Shown here: positions 20,744 to 31,182 of the stretch, one piece after another
Numbering within the stretch: the stretch's first letter is position 1
Layout: every line of letters begins with the position of its first letter
Source: an uncultured Gemmatimonadales bacterium
GTDB lineage: Bacteria; Gemmatimonadota; Gemmatimonadetes; Gemmatimonadales; GWC2-71-9
Direction of reading: 5' to 3'
Assembly: GCA_963798915.1 (NCBI GenBank)
Contig: CAWCVB010000014.1
Span: 96,001-160,000, forward strand
Length of the DNA stretch: 64,000 nt
Notes under the pieces: model-generated
What the model was told of the DNA's origin: nothing
The model's input: only the letters and a program-made list of their open reading frames with translations
The model's database searches: none
Position numbers and translations under genes: made by a program

Positions 20744-22342
20744 TCAGGCCCGCGGTCCCGCGGCCTTCACGTCCTCCGGCACGTCCTGGAATTGCTGGAA
20801 GTTGTCCCGGAACATCGCGGCGAGCTTCCTGGCCTGGGCATCGTACGCCGCGACGTCAGACCACGTGCTTCGCGGATCGAGCACGTCAGCCGGGCAGCCC
20901 GGCACGCTCACCGGCACCTCGACACCAAAGACCGGATCCTTCCGGAACTCGGCCCGGTCCAGCGCGCCACTGAGCGCGGCACTCACCATGGCGCGCGTAT
21001 GCGCCAGCTTCATTCGGGTGCCCGAGCCATAGGGCCCGCCGGTCCAGCCGGTGTTCACCAGCCAGACCGGGACGTTGTGCCGGGCTATCCGTTCGCCGAG
21101 CATGCGGGCGTACTGTCCTGGCGGCAGCGGGAGGAACGGCGCGCCGAAGCAGGCCGAAAAGGTGGCCGACGGCTCGGTCACGCCACGCTCGGTGCCGGCC
21201 ACCTTGGCGGTATAGCCGGAGAGGAAGTGGTACATCGCCTGCTCGGGCGTGAGGCGCGCAATGGGCGGCATCACGCCATACGCGTCGGCCGTGAGCAGGA
21301 CGATATTACGGGGAATGCCTCCCACGCCGCCCGGCACGTGATTGGCGATGTAGTCGATCGGATAGCAGGCCCGGGTGTTTTCGGTGATCGCATCCGAATC
21401 ATATTGAACTTCACGGGTCGCCGCGTCCAGCATGACGTTCTCCAGCACGGTGCCAAAGCGCCGGGTGGCGCTCCAGATGGCCGGCTCGGTCTCGGCGCTG
21501 AGCCGGATCACCTTGGCGTAGCAGCCCCCCTCGAAGTTGAACACGCCCGTGTCGCTCCAGCCATGCTCGTCGTCGCCAATCAGGCGGCGCTCGGGGTCGG
21601 CCGAGAGCGTGGTCTTGCCGGTGCCGGACAGCCCGAAGAACACCGCCGAGTCGCCATCCTTGCCGATGTTGGCGGAGCAGTGCATCGAGAGGATGCCCTG
21701 CCTCGGCATCAGGTAGTTGAGGACGGTAAAGATCGATTTCTTCATTTCGCCGGCGTACCGGGTGCCGGCAATGATGATCATCTTCCTGGCGAAATTGATG
21801 GCGATCACCGTGCTGCTGCGGCACCCGTGCTTCGCCGGACTGGCCTCGAAGTCGGGTGCATGCAGCACTGTGAACTGCGGCTCGAACTCCGCCAGCGCGG
21901 CACGTTCGGGGCGGATGAACATGTTGCGCACGAAGAGCGCGTGCCACGCGCTGGGCGTATAGAATCGCACCGGCAGGCGGCTGGCCGGATCGGCCCCGCC
22001 ATAGAGGTCCTGCACGAACAACTCGGCGTCGCCCAGATAGGCCCGGACGTCCGCGTGCAGGCGGTCAAAATCCTCCGTCTTCATGCGGCCGTTCTTGGCC
22101 CACCAGATATCGGCACTGCTGCCGGGTTCGTCCACCACGAACTTGTCCTTGGCTGAGCGGCCGGTGTGGGGCGCCGTCTCGGCCGCGAACGCACCGCAGT
22201 CGGTCAGCCGGCCCTCGTGGCGGCGGAGGGCGTGCTCGACCAGTTCCGGTTCGGAGAGGTTCGCGTGAATCGTCTGTGCCGGGATCGCCTGACGATGCGC
22301 GGGTGTGGCATCGGCACGGATGGCGGTGGGTTCGGTGGCCAT
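20744..22342 (-). CDS. pckA: Phosphoenolpyruvate carboxykinase (ATP)
   Basis: [43 protein letters not shown]. Confidence 0.97.
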   Translation of the reverse strand: MATEPTAIRADATPAHRQAIPAQTIHANLSEPELVEHALRRHEGRLTDCGAFAAETAPHTGRSAKDKFVVDEPGSSADIWWAKNGRMKTEDFDRLHADVRAYLGDAELFVQDLYGGADPASRLPVRFYTPSAWHALFVRNMFIRPERAALAEFEPQFTVLHAPDFEASPAKHGCRSSTVIAINFARKMIIIAGTRYAGEMKKSIFTVLNYLMPRQGILSMHCSANIGKDGDSAVFFGLSGTGKTTLSADPERRLIGDDEHGWSDTGVFNFEGGCYAKVIRLSAETEPAIWSATRRFGTVLENVMLDAATREVQYDSDAITENTRACYPIDYIANHVPGGVGGIPRNIVLLTADAYGVMPPIARLTPEQAMYHFLSGYTAKVAGTERGVTEPSATFSACFGAPFLPLPPGQYARMLGERIARHNVPVWLVNTGWTGGPYGSGTRMKLAHTRAMVSAALSGALDRAEFRKDPVFGVEVPVSVPGCPADVLDPRSTWSDVAAYDAQARKLAAMFRDNFQQFQDVPEDVKAAGPRA

Positions 22343-22350
22343 AGGCTCCT

Positions 22351-24648
22351 TCACGGTCGTGAACGGACTGGGGGATGGCCGGCCGCGCGGCCGCGCTCCA
22401 GCGCGTCCACCGCGGCGATCACCCCCATGTTGACGATATCATCCACACCCGAATCGCGTTCGAGCACGTGGACCGGGGCTGCCAGCCCCACCAGGATGGG
22501 GCCGATCGAATGGGCGCCCCCGAGGCGGCCCAGCAGCTTGTAGCCGATGTTGGCCGCGTCCAGATCGGGAAAAATCAGCACGTTGGCCGGTCCCTGCAAC
22601 CGGTTGAAGGGATACCGCTTCTGCAGGAGCGACTCCAGCACCGCCGTGTCGGCCTGCATCTCCCCATCCACCTTGAGGTTGGGGCGCAGGCGATGGAGCC
22701 GCTCGACCGCGTCGGCGACCTTCTGCTGGCTGGGGTGACGGACCGACCCGAAATTGCTGAACGAGAGCATTGCGACCCGCGGCTCGATGCCAAGGGAGGT
22801 CACGAATCCTGCCGCGGCAACCGCAATCTGGGTGAGCCGTTCCGCATCCGGCTCGATGTTCACGGTGCAGTCGGCGAAGAAATAGACCTCGTTGGCCGTC
22901 ACCATCATGTAGATCCCGGCCAGCGCCGCATCGGGCGACGCGCCTACTGCCTCGATGGCGGGACGAAGCGCGCGCGGATAATGCTGGTTCTCGCCCAGGA
23001 CGACGGCATCGACATCCCCTTCGGCCACCGACATCGCCCCGAAATATTCCGGCTGCAGCAGGCGGCGGTCCGCCTCGCGCCGGGTGACTCCGCGTCGTCG
23101 CCGGCGTTCCCAGAAGCGCTCGGCGTACACCTCGCGCCGATCCGACGTGGCCGGGTCCATGATCGTGAGACCGGCCAGTCCAACGTCCGCCTCCCGCGCG
23201 GCCGTCTCGATACTGTTCCGGTCGCCGACCAGCACCGGCTCGGCAATACCCTCATCCGCCAGGATGCGGGCGGCCCGGATGACGCGGGCATCGTCCGCAT
23301 CGGTCAGCGCCACGCGCTGCGGGTCGGCGGCTGCGCGATTCATCAGCCCGCGCATCACTGCCCGTCCGTGACCCAGGCGGGACTCGAGACGGGAGCGGTA
23401 TTCGTCCAGATCGAGCAGCTCGGTGGCCACGCCGGAATGAATAGCCGCCCAGGCCACGGCCGGCGCCACCCAGAGGAGCACGCGCGGGTCGAACGGCTTG
23501 GGGATGAGGTAGTCCCGCCCGAACCGGAGCGAGGGCAGGTTGTAGGCCCGCAGTACCACCTCCGGTACATCGTCCCGTGCCAATGCCGCCAGCGCTCGTG
23601 TGGCCGCCATCTTCATTTCTTCGTTGATGGCGCGCGCGCGCACGTCGAGCGCGCCACGGAAAATGAAGGGAAAGCCCAGGACGTTGTTCACCTGGTTGGG
23701 GTAGTCGGTGCGGCCGGTCGCAATGACCGCGTCGGGCCGGACCTCACGCACCACGTCGGGCATGATCTCGGGCGTCGGATTGGCCAGCGCAAAGACGATC
23801 GGATCGGGCGCCATGCGGCGGATGAGGTCCGCACTCACCGCCCCCGCGGCCGACAGGCCCACAAACACGTCGGCGCCTTCGAACGCCTCCTCCACCGTGG
23901 CCGGCGCCGCCGGGTTGGCAAAGCGGGACTTGTAGGCGTCCAAGGTCCCGCGCCCGGGACGGATCACGCCATGATGATCGCACATGATGACATGCTCACG
24001 CTGCACGCCCAGCCGCACGTAATGTTCGGCGGTTGCGATGGCGGCGGCGCCGGCGCCGACAAACACGACCCGGACGTCGGCCAGCGCCCGGCCGGTGACC
24101 TCGAGCGCGTTGAGGAGCGCGGCCCCCGAAATGATGGCCGTGCCGTGCTGGTCATCATGGAAAACCGGGATGGACAGCGTCTCGCGCAGGCGCTCCTCGA
24201 CGATGAAGCAATCGGGCGAACGGATGTCCTCCAGGTTGATCCCGCCGACCGCCGGCTCCAGCATCTGGCAGAATCGAATGATCTCCTCGGGATCGGGCGC
24301 GTTGATTTCGAGGTCGAACACGTCGATGTCCGCGAACGTCTTGAAGAGAACGCCCTTGCCCTCCATGACCGGCTTGCCTGCCATCGGCCCGATGTTGCCC
24401 AGTCCTAAGACTGCCGTGCCGTTGGAGACGACTGCAACCAGGTTGCCCTTGGCGGTATAGCGGTACACATCCTCCGGGCGCTCCTGGATGGCGAGGCAGG
24501 GCTCCGCGACGCCCGGCGTATAGGCAAGCGAGAGATCGCGCTGGTTCTGGGTCGGTTTGGTGGCGACTACCTGGATCTTGCCGGGGCGGCCTTCCTCATG
24601 GTAGCGAAGCGCGTCGGCGCGGCGATCGGGGCCGGAAGACGGGTTCAG
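22351..24648 (-). CDS. maeB: NADP-dependent malic enzyme with C-terminal PTA domain; conserved N-terminus extends past the listed ORF to a CTG at 24648
   Basis: In-frame upstream [14 protein letters not shown]...[45 protein letters not shown] domain DGEMQAD. Confidence 0.92.
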   Translation of the reverse strand: MNPSSGPDRRADALRYHEEGRPGKIQVVATKPTQNQRDLSLAYTPGVAEPCLAIQERPEDVYRYTAKGNLVAVVSNGTAVLGLGNIGPMAGKPVMEGKGVLFKTFADIDVFDLEINAPDPEEIIRFCQMLEPAVGGINLEDIRSPDCFIVEERLRETLSIPVFHDDQHGTAIISGAALLNALEVTGRALADVRVVFVGAGAAAIATAEHYVRLGVQREHVIMCDHHGVIRPGRGTLDAYKSRFANPAAPATVEEAFEGADVFVGLSAAGAVSADLIRRMAPDPIVFALANPTPEIMPDVVREVRPDAVIATGRTDYPNQVNNVLGFPFIFRGALDVRARAINEEMKMAATRALAALARDDVPEVVLRAYNLPSLRFGRDYLIPKPFDPRVLLWVAPAVAWAAIHSGVATELLDLDEYRSRLESRLGHGRAVMRGLMNRAAADPQRVALTDADDARVIRAARILADEGIAEPVLVGDRNSIETAAREADVGLAGLTIMDPATSDRREVYAERFWERRRRRGVTRREADRRLLQPEYFGAMSVAEGDVDAVVLGENQHYPRALRPAIEAVGASPDAALAGIYMMVTANEVYFFADCTVNIEPDAERLTQIAVAAAGFVTSLGIEPRVAMLSFSNFGSVRHPSQQKVADAVERLHRLRPNLKVDGEMQADTAVLESLLQKRYPFNRLQGPANVLIFPDLDAANIGYKLLGRLGGAHSIGPILVGLAAPVHVLERDSGVDDIVNMGVIAAVDALERGRAAGHPPVRSRP

Positions 24649-24655
24649 GAGATCC

Positions 24656-25297
24656 TCATTGACTGATGGTGACGTTGGTGGGCCAGTGATACATCAGCTG
24701 CACGGTATTCCGGTCCCGGATGCTCGGCAGGGGGACGGTGGGAACCGAGAACATGATATCCAGCGGATCCGGCGAGTGGCGAAGGATGCCCAGCGCGTGG
24801 CCCAGCTCATGAATGGCCACGATGTTGAAACATGCCTGGGTATTTTCCTGATCCGGCAGAAATCTTGGCGCAATGTAGATGTGGATGGGCAGCGTCAGCA
24901 CCCGGGTATCGGGATCGAGACGAATGTCCGTTGCGCCCTGGCAGGCGTCGGCCGCGCCGAACAGTTCGGCGCCGGCGGGCGGAAACCCGATCACGACCAG
25001 GATGTCTGCGCGCGATGAATCGTCCACCAGCGCGCCCTCGAACTCATGGTACAGGAACTGGCGGCGCCAGACCTGGACCGCAGAGTCCACATGGACCCGC
25101 ATGTTGAGCGAGTCGTGTGCCCAGATGGCCAGCGGCATCCGGCTGGTGGGCCAATGGAAGGAGATCGTGTCACCAGGGGCAAGGACCTGGCGGAATTCGT
25201 AGAGATCGCCGCGGGTAGGCGAGCCAATGTCGGCGCAGGCGGCCAGCAGCGTGCAGGCGCCAATCAGGACGCTGCGAACATGGGCGCGGGTCGTCAT
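24656..25297 (-). CDS. Matrixin-like (metzincin) metalloprotease lipoprotein
   Basis: Lipobox LAAC; HELGHALGILRH zinc motif; Met-turn DIMF. Confidence 0.8.
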   Translation of the reverse strand: MTTRAHVRSVLIGACTLLAACADIGSPTRGDLYEFRQVLAPGDTISFHWPTSRMPLAIWAHDSLNMRVHVDSAVQVWRRQFLYHEFEGALVDDSSRADILVVIGFPPAGAELFGAADACQGATDIRLDPDTRVLTLPIHIYIAPRFLPDQENTQACFNIVAIHELGHALGILRHSPDPLDIMFSVPTVPLPSIRDRNTVQLMYHWPTNVTISQ

Positions 25298-25902
25298 GAC
25301 GATCCCCTGGTGAGGCCCACCGAAACAGAGATGCGCTGTACCCCCTGCTCCAGGCCGAATCCCTGGCTGCGCAGCTCATCAGTGGCGAAGCGATGGTAGT
25401 CATAGCGGGCCGACACCACCGGGTTCCAGCGCCGCCCGGTGGTGAGCTGGTAATCGAGGCCCGCGCCGAAGAGAGCGCGAGTGGTGCCGCCCTGCGCAAA
25501 GATGCCGGCGTCTCCGGGACCACTGTAGTGCAGCAGCCCGAGTCCTGCCCGCCAGCGGAGCGGGCCCGTCAGGTCGCCGTTCAGGTTGAGGAGTGCGCCC
25601 AGCGTCCAGATCCGTCCCTGGGCAATGTCGGAGCCGGGAATGGCCGGTGTGGTCGTGGTCAGCGAGGCTGTCGAGGCCGACAACTCCATGCCCAGACGGT
25701 AGCGCGCGCCAAAGGCCAGATCGACGCCGCCGAAGAGCGTGGGGGCCAGGCCCGGGCGGGTCGTGACCGGCTGGATGATGACGTCGCGAACGATGTCAGT
25801 CGACCAGGTGACGCCGGCGCGGGCATAGTAGCTTGCCTGCGCCTGGGCGGCTCCGGGCAGGGTGGCGGCCATGAGCAGCCAGAGCAGGAATGGTCGTCGC
25901 AT
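25294..25902 (-). CDS. Outer-membrane beta-barrel protein (hypothetical)
   Basis: Signal peptide ending AQA; amphipathic beta-strands (LFGAGLDYQL, VSARYDY, ISVSVGL). Confidence 0.65.
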   Translation of the reverse strand: MRRPFLLWLLMAATLPGAAQAQASYYARAGVTWSTDIVRDVIIQPVTTRPGLAPTLFGGVDLAFGARYRLGMELSASTASLTTTTPAIPGSDIAQGRIWTLGALLNLNGDLTGPLRWRAGLGLLHYSGPGDAGIFAQGGTTRALFGAGLDYQLTTGRRWNPVVSARYDYHRFATDELRSQGFGLEQGVQRISVSVGLTRGSS

Positions 25903-25934
25903 GAGAGGAAGATGCGCTCCTTCGGTCTGGGAGG

Positions 25935-26810
25935 TCAACGCGCCGCCGCACGGCCGTAGCGGCGGAGCCGTTGGAGCGAGCGCTTGTCGTTCGTCACCAT
26001 GTCATCCCCTTTGGGCGTTTCCAGCAGCTTGGGAATCTCCGAGAACCGCCGGTCCTGCATGATGCGGCGGAAGGGTTCCGGGCCCAGCGACCCCTTGCCC
26101 ACCAGTTCGTGGCGGTCCCGGCGTGAGCCGAACGGCGTTCGCGAATCATTGAGATGCAGGCACGCCAGGCTGCTGAAGCCGAGCACTCGCTCCCATTGTT
26201 CCCAGACTCCGTCAAAGTCGCCCACCAGATCATAGCCGGCGGCGTAGAGATGGCAGGTGTCGGCGCAGTAGGCGATCCGGCCCTGCTGTTCCGGGGTGAG
26301 ACGGTCTCGGATTTCGGCGAGTTCCTCGAAGGTGCTGCCGAGCGCCGTACCGGTGCCGGCCGTAGTTTCGAGGTAGATGCGCACGGCGCCTGGCACTCGA
26401 TCCAGGCATTGCCCGATGGCGTCCGCGTTGCGCTGGAGACCGGCCGTTCGGTCATCCATGTAATTTCCGGGGTGGGAGACAACGCCGGGAATGCCGAGCA
26501 GCTCGCACCGCTCCAGCTCCCGGGTGAAGGACGCGATCGATCGTTCTCGCAACACCGGGTCGGGTGATGCCAGGTTGATGAGATAGGAATCGTGCGACAC
26601 AACGGATGCGAGTCTCGCCCCTGTGAGCGCAGCCCGGAAGGCGTCGCGAATTTCGGGGCCAAGGACCGGCTCCCGCCACTGATTGGGGGTCTTGGTGAAC
26701 AGCTGGATGGCCGTCGCGCCGATGGCGGTGGCTCGGGCTGGCGTGGTGTGGACGCCGCCCTGGGCCGAGACATGTGCGCCGAGCAGGTCCTGCTTGGGCA
26801 TCGCTGGCAT
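25935..26810 (-). CDS. nfo: Endonuclease IV (AP endonuclease)
   Basis: GAHVS, QLFTKTP, HDSYLINL, HPG, LETTAG, DTCH, HLNDS, DRH, LETP. Confidence 0.95.
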   Translation of the reverse strand: MPAMPKQDLLGAHVSAQGGVHTTPARATAIGATAIQLFTKTPNQWREPVLGPEIRDAFRAALTGARLASVVSHDSYLINLASPDPVLRERSIASFTRELERCELLGIPGVVSHPGNYMDDRTAGLQRNADAIGQCLDRVPGAVRIYLETTAGTGTALGSTFEELAEIRDRLTPEQQGRIAYCADTCHLYAAGYDLVGDFDGVWEQWERVLGFSSLACLHLNDSRTPFGSRRDRHELVGKGSLGPEPFRRIMQDRRFSEIPKLLETPKGDDMVTNDKRSLQRLRRYGRAAAR

Positions 26811-26816
26811 GCGCGT

Positions 26817-28214
26817 GTGACAGACTCCCAGGCGGAGGGTGAGGGGCTTTCGGTCCTGTTGATCGGCTCGGCACGGGCGCGGCCGCCGGGCCTGGAGGTG
26901 GCGCTTGCGCGCTCCGGGCTCCATGTCACCGAAGCTGACGACCCGACGCATGCGGCCGCCAACGGTGCGGCGCCCGATGTGGCGCTGGGCACGGTGGCGA
27001 ACGCTGCCGAAGTCGGCCCGCTGCGTGAAGCGCTTACCGACGCTTTCGGTCCAGGCATGCCACTCGTGGTGACACTTGGCGATGGTGCCGAATCGGTGGT
27101 CGAGGCGCTCCGGTCGGGTGCGGCCGACGCCTTGGCCGCACCGGTCAATTTTGCCGAGCTGCGGATCCGGCTCGAGCTGCGCCGAACCCCGCGCTCACAA
27201 AGCGGGGGCAGCGAAGGGCTCGATGCGTCGCTTCGCTTTGCCTCCGAACTGGTCGCGTCGCGCCGGGCGGAGGAGGAGCTCCAGTGCATATGCCAGCGGG
27301 TGGCAGCTGCGTTGGACCTGCACCGGTGCGCCTTTGTGCTCACCCGTGGTGAGAATGGTCATGGCCGGGTCATCGCCGACGAAAGCCACGCCGGTACGCT
27401 CGATATTGCCCTCGACCTCCAGCGGTATCCGGAAATCCAGGAAGCACGGCGCACCGGTCGGCCGGTGGTGGTGCGCGACGCCCGGACCGATCCCCGGTTC
27501 GACGCCGTGCGCCGCCACTGGGAGCTGGCACCTCCAGCGACGATGCCACACGCGTTGATTGCGGTGCCGGTTCAGCTCGATGGCGCAGTCGAGGGCGTGT
27601 TCCTGCTCAAGCCCCGGAGCGCCCACGTCACGCTTGCCGGATCGCGGCTCAGCTTTGCTGAGGAACTGCACCTGGCCGGGCAAGCAGTGTTGCGCGCATC
27701 ACGCACGCTCGAGGATTCGGGCCTTGCCGCGCTCGCCACGCCCCGGCAACTGGATGAGCGAATGCGGCAGGAACTGGAACGTGCCCGGCGCTACGCCCTG
27801 GGCTTCAGTCTGGTCCTGCTGGACGTGGACCGGTTCAAAGAGTATACCGCGGCGCACGGCGCCGAGGCCGCCCGCCTGCTGCTCGATCGGCTCGCCGACC
27901 TGTTGCATGACACGTTCCGTATTCCGGACCTGGTCGCCCGCTACGGTGCCGACGAATTTGCCCTGTTGCTCCCGGAGACTGCCGCGGCGCAGGCCGTGGG
28001 CGCAGTACGCCGTTTCCGTCTTCGGCTCACTGAGCAGGCGTTTGCAGGCCTTCCGGGCGCGACCATTCCCGGTATCGCGGCCGGCATCGCCGGCTTTCCG
28101 CATCCGTCCGCGGCCGAAGCCGGCGACGTGCTGGCCCTTGCCGGTTCCGCACTGCTCCGGGCGCAGGCCCAGAGTGGTGACCGGATCGGGGTTGCCGAGA
28201 TCGGGGCCATGTAG
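26817..28214 (+). CDS. Degenerate receiver + GAF + degenerate GGDEF (GADEF) protein
   Basis: GAADALAAP receiver-like segment; YPEI..A..TG.PVVV.D...DPRF GAF segment; LDVDRFK and RIPDLVARYGADEF; GTG start inferred. Confidence 0.8.
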   Translation: MTDSQAEGEGLSVLLIGSARARPPGLEVALARSGLHVTEADDPTHAAANGAAPDVALGTVANAAEVGPLREALTDAFGPGMPLVVTLGDGAESVVEALRSGAADALAAPVNFAELRIRLELRRTPRSQSGGSEGLDASLRFASELVASRRAEEELQCICQRVAAALDLHRCAFVLTRGENGHGRVIADESHAGTLDIALDLQRYPEIQEARRTGRPVVVRDARTDPRFDAVRRHWELAPPATMPHALIAVPVQLDGAVEGVFLLKPRSAHVTLAGSRLSFAEELHLAGQAVLRASRTLEDSGLAALATPRQLDERMRQELERARRYALGFSLVLLDVDRFKEYTAAHGAEAARLLLDRLADLLHDTFRIPDLVARYGADEFALLLPETAAAQAVGAVRRFRLRLTEQAFAGLPGATIPGIAAGIAGFPHPSAAEAGDVLALAGSALLRAQAQSGDRIGVAEIGAM

Positions 28215-28251
28215 CGGGCGGCTGTCTGTCCGGGTTGGCCCGACCCGCGCG

Positions 28252-29454
28252 TCAGCGCCGGCGCAGCCAGTCCAGCGGATCCATCGCCATCTGATTTTCG
28301 CCGCGAATTTCAAAATGCAGGTGCGGTCCGTAGTCGGAATTCTCGCCCCCGACCGCTCCCAGGATCTGCCCCTTCTTCACATCATCGCCCGCTTTCACTG
28401 CCGCGCCCTGCAGGTGTGAATAGATCGAGTAGTAGCCGTTGCCGTGTTCGAGGATGACCGTGAGTCCGTAGGTACCCATGGTCTCCACCAGCCGGACTCG
28501 ACCCGCCTCGACCGCATGAACGGCCGACCCCGGGGCCGCGGCAATGCCGATACCGTTCCAGCGAATGACCCCGCCCTGGGGCAGGGTGTCGCGCCCGAAC
28601 TGGTAGACAATGCGTCCTTCCACCGGCCAGTCGAGCCGCCCGAGACTTGCGGTGCTCAGGGCGCCCGGTACCGGTCGCGCACCCGAGGCCGGCGTGCGCC
28701 GGTTGCGCGCCGCCTCGGCCCGCGCCGCCTTCTCCAGCGCGGCGAGCACGTCGTTCAGTCGGGTGGCGTCCTTCTCCAGCTGGACCAGCCGCTGCGCATT
28801 GGCGCGGGCCGAGCGCTGAAGTGTGCCAAGCCGCTTCTCGCGCTGGCTGGCAAGCCGGGCGTAGCGGGCGAGTTCATCTTCGCGTTCGACACGGGTGGCG
28901 TCCAGTTGTTCGCGCACCATCACGATTTCCGAGCGCTGGCGCGAGACGCGATCCCGCAGGCGTTCGACGTCCGAGACCAGCGACCGATCCTGCTCACTCG
29001 AAAGGAAGAGATACTTGTAGCGCCGCAGCAGGTCGCCGAACGATTCCGCGGTGAGGAGCACTTTCCAGGTGTAGAGTGGGCCGCGTTTGTAGATGTCCAC
29101 CAGGCGGCGCTGAAGCACCGCCTTGCGCTCAGCCAGGTTGTCCTGTGCCAGTACCAGCTCGGTCGAGGCCTGGTCGAGCTGTGACGCCAGGCCGCCGATC
29201 TGGCGCTCGATCTCCAGCACGATCCGGCTGGTGGACTGTTTCTGGCGCTCGATGTTGTCCAGCTCATCCTCGACGTCGTGCACCTGGCCCTGCAGGCGTT
29301 GCTGCTGCCGCTGCAGCTGCTCCCGCTCGGCCTTGATCTCATCGAGCCGGCGCCTGCTCTCCTGCAGCTCGCGCGCGCTCTGTTGAGCCGGCAGCGCGCG
29401 GACGCCGCTGGCGCCCACCAGCAGCGCGAGGCAGAGCAGGCCGGCGCGTTTCAC
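28252..29454 (-). CDS. envC: Murein hydrolase activator EnvC (coiled coil + M23/LytM-like domain)
   Basis: Signal peptide, long coiled coil, WPVEG, WNGIGI, PHLHFEIR; follows ftsX. Confidence 0.85.
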   Translation of the reverse strand: MKRAGLLCLALLVGASGVRALPAQQSARELQESRRRLDEIKAEREQLQRQQQRLQGQVHDVEDELDNIERQKQSTSRIVLEIERQIGGLASQLDQASTELVLAQDNLAERKAVLQRRLVDIYKRGPLYTWKVLLTAESFGDLLRRYKYLFLSSEQDRSLVSDVERLRDRVSRQRSEIVMVREQLDATRVEREDELARYARLASQREKRLGTLQRSARANAQRLVQLEKDATRLNDVLAALEKAARAEAARNRRTPASGARPVPGALSTASLGRLDWPVEGRIVYQFGRDTLPQGGVIRWNGIGIAAAPGSAVHAVEAGRVRLVETMGTYGLTVILEHGNGYYSIYSHLQGAAVKAGDDVKKGQILGAVGGENSDYGPHLHFEIRGENQMAMDPLDWLRRR

Positions 29455-30340
29455 GTACCACGCCGCTCCATGCGGCCGTCGATCAGCCGGAGATGGCGCC
29501 CGACACTGAGCAGACTGGCCAGGAACCCGAGCAGGACCCCAAATCCGAGGATGAGCAGCATGTGTGCAGGGGTGAAGAAGATCAGGCCCGACAGGGCCGG
29601 CGCGCTGCGTGCGAAGATCACGAATCCGGCATAGGAAAGCAGCACGGCGAGCACACCGCCAAGCAGTCCCTTGAGCGCGCCCTCGAGCAGGAACGGGCCG
29701 CGAATGAACCAGTTGGTCGCACCGACCAGCCGCATGATGCGGATTTCCCGGGCGCGCTGCAGCATCGTCATGCGGATGGTGACGCCGATGATCACCATCG
29801 CGACCACGGCGAAAACGGCACCGATGATCAGTCCCAGCAGCCCGGCGAGGTTGCGCAGGTGATCCAGGCGCTGCACCCAGTCCCGCCCGAACCGCACCTC
29901 CTCCACAAACGGGAAGCTGCGCAGCCGCTCGGCCACCAGTTCGGCGTGGCTCGCGTCCCGGAATCCTTCCTTGAGCCGGATCTCGAGGGAGGCCGGCAGC
30001 GGATTGGTCTGGAGGTCACGATAGGCATCGCGAAACTCCACCAGCTCGCGGCGGGCGCGCGCCAGCGCCTCGTCTTCACTGACGTAATCAACCGTGAGGA
30101 CTTCAGGGAAGGTGGCCACGTCCTGGGCTGCGACGGTGATGGTCTCCGGCGGCGTTCCGCGCAGCGTGAAGGCCACCACCTCGACGCGCGCCTCCAGTCC
30201 CCGAAGCGCCTGGCGAAGGTTGAGTGCCACCAGGCCGAAGAGACCCACGGTGAACAGCGAAAAGGCAATGGTGGTGATCGAGAGTGCCGAGAGGAGGGGC
30301 AGCCGCCGGAAGGGCAGCAGGACTTCACGCGCAAGCAGCC

Positions 30341-30344
<4 letters not shown>
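29451..30344 (-). CDS. ftsX: Cell division permease FtsX
   Basis: NPLPASLEI, REIRIMRLVGAT.WFIRGPFLLEG; follows ftsE. Confidence 0.92.
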
Positions 30345-31027
<683 letters not shown>

Positions 31028-31032
31028 GACGG

Positions 31033-31038
31033 ATTATA
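31033..31038 (-). promoter_or_regulatory. Consensus -10 box TATAAT 5 nt upstream of the ftsE GTG (leaderless-type)
   Basis: Minus strand reads TATAAT-ccgtc-GTG with no SD. Confidence 0.7.
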
Positions 31039-31040
31039 CA

Positions 31041-31068
31041 CGGTCGACGGTTGACGGTCGACGGTCAA
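31041..31068. repeat. 4x CGGTYRA 7-mer tandem repeat
   Basis: cggtcga cggttga cggtcga cggtcaa. Confidence 0.85.
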
Positions 31069-31082
31069 CCGAAGTGGACCAT

Positions 31083-31178
31083 CCAACTAGCCAACTGCCC
31101 AACTCGCCAACCAGCCAACTAGCCAACCAGCCAACCAGCCAACTCGCCAACTCGCCAACTCGCTAACTCGCCAACCAG
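31083..31178. repeat. 12x CCAAC(TAG/TCG/CAG) 8-mer tandem repeat
   Basis: Twelve contiguous 8-nt units counted by eye. Confidence 0.95.
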
Positions 31179-31182
31179 CCGC

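Noticed and set aside
28252..28620. Active M23 endopeptidase
   Set aside because: The HxxxD zinc motif is replaced by WNGIG, as in catalytically degenerate EnvC, although HLH is retained
31041..31178. Possible CRISPR array
   Set aside because: Units are 7-8 nt and contiguous with no unique spacers; no cas genes in the window
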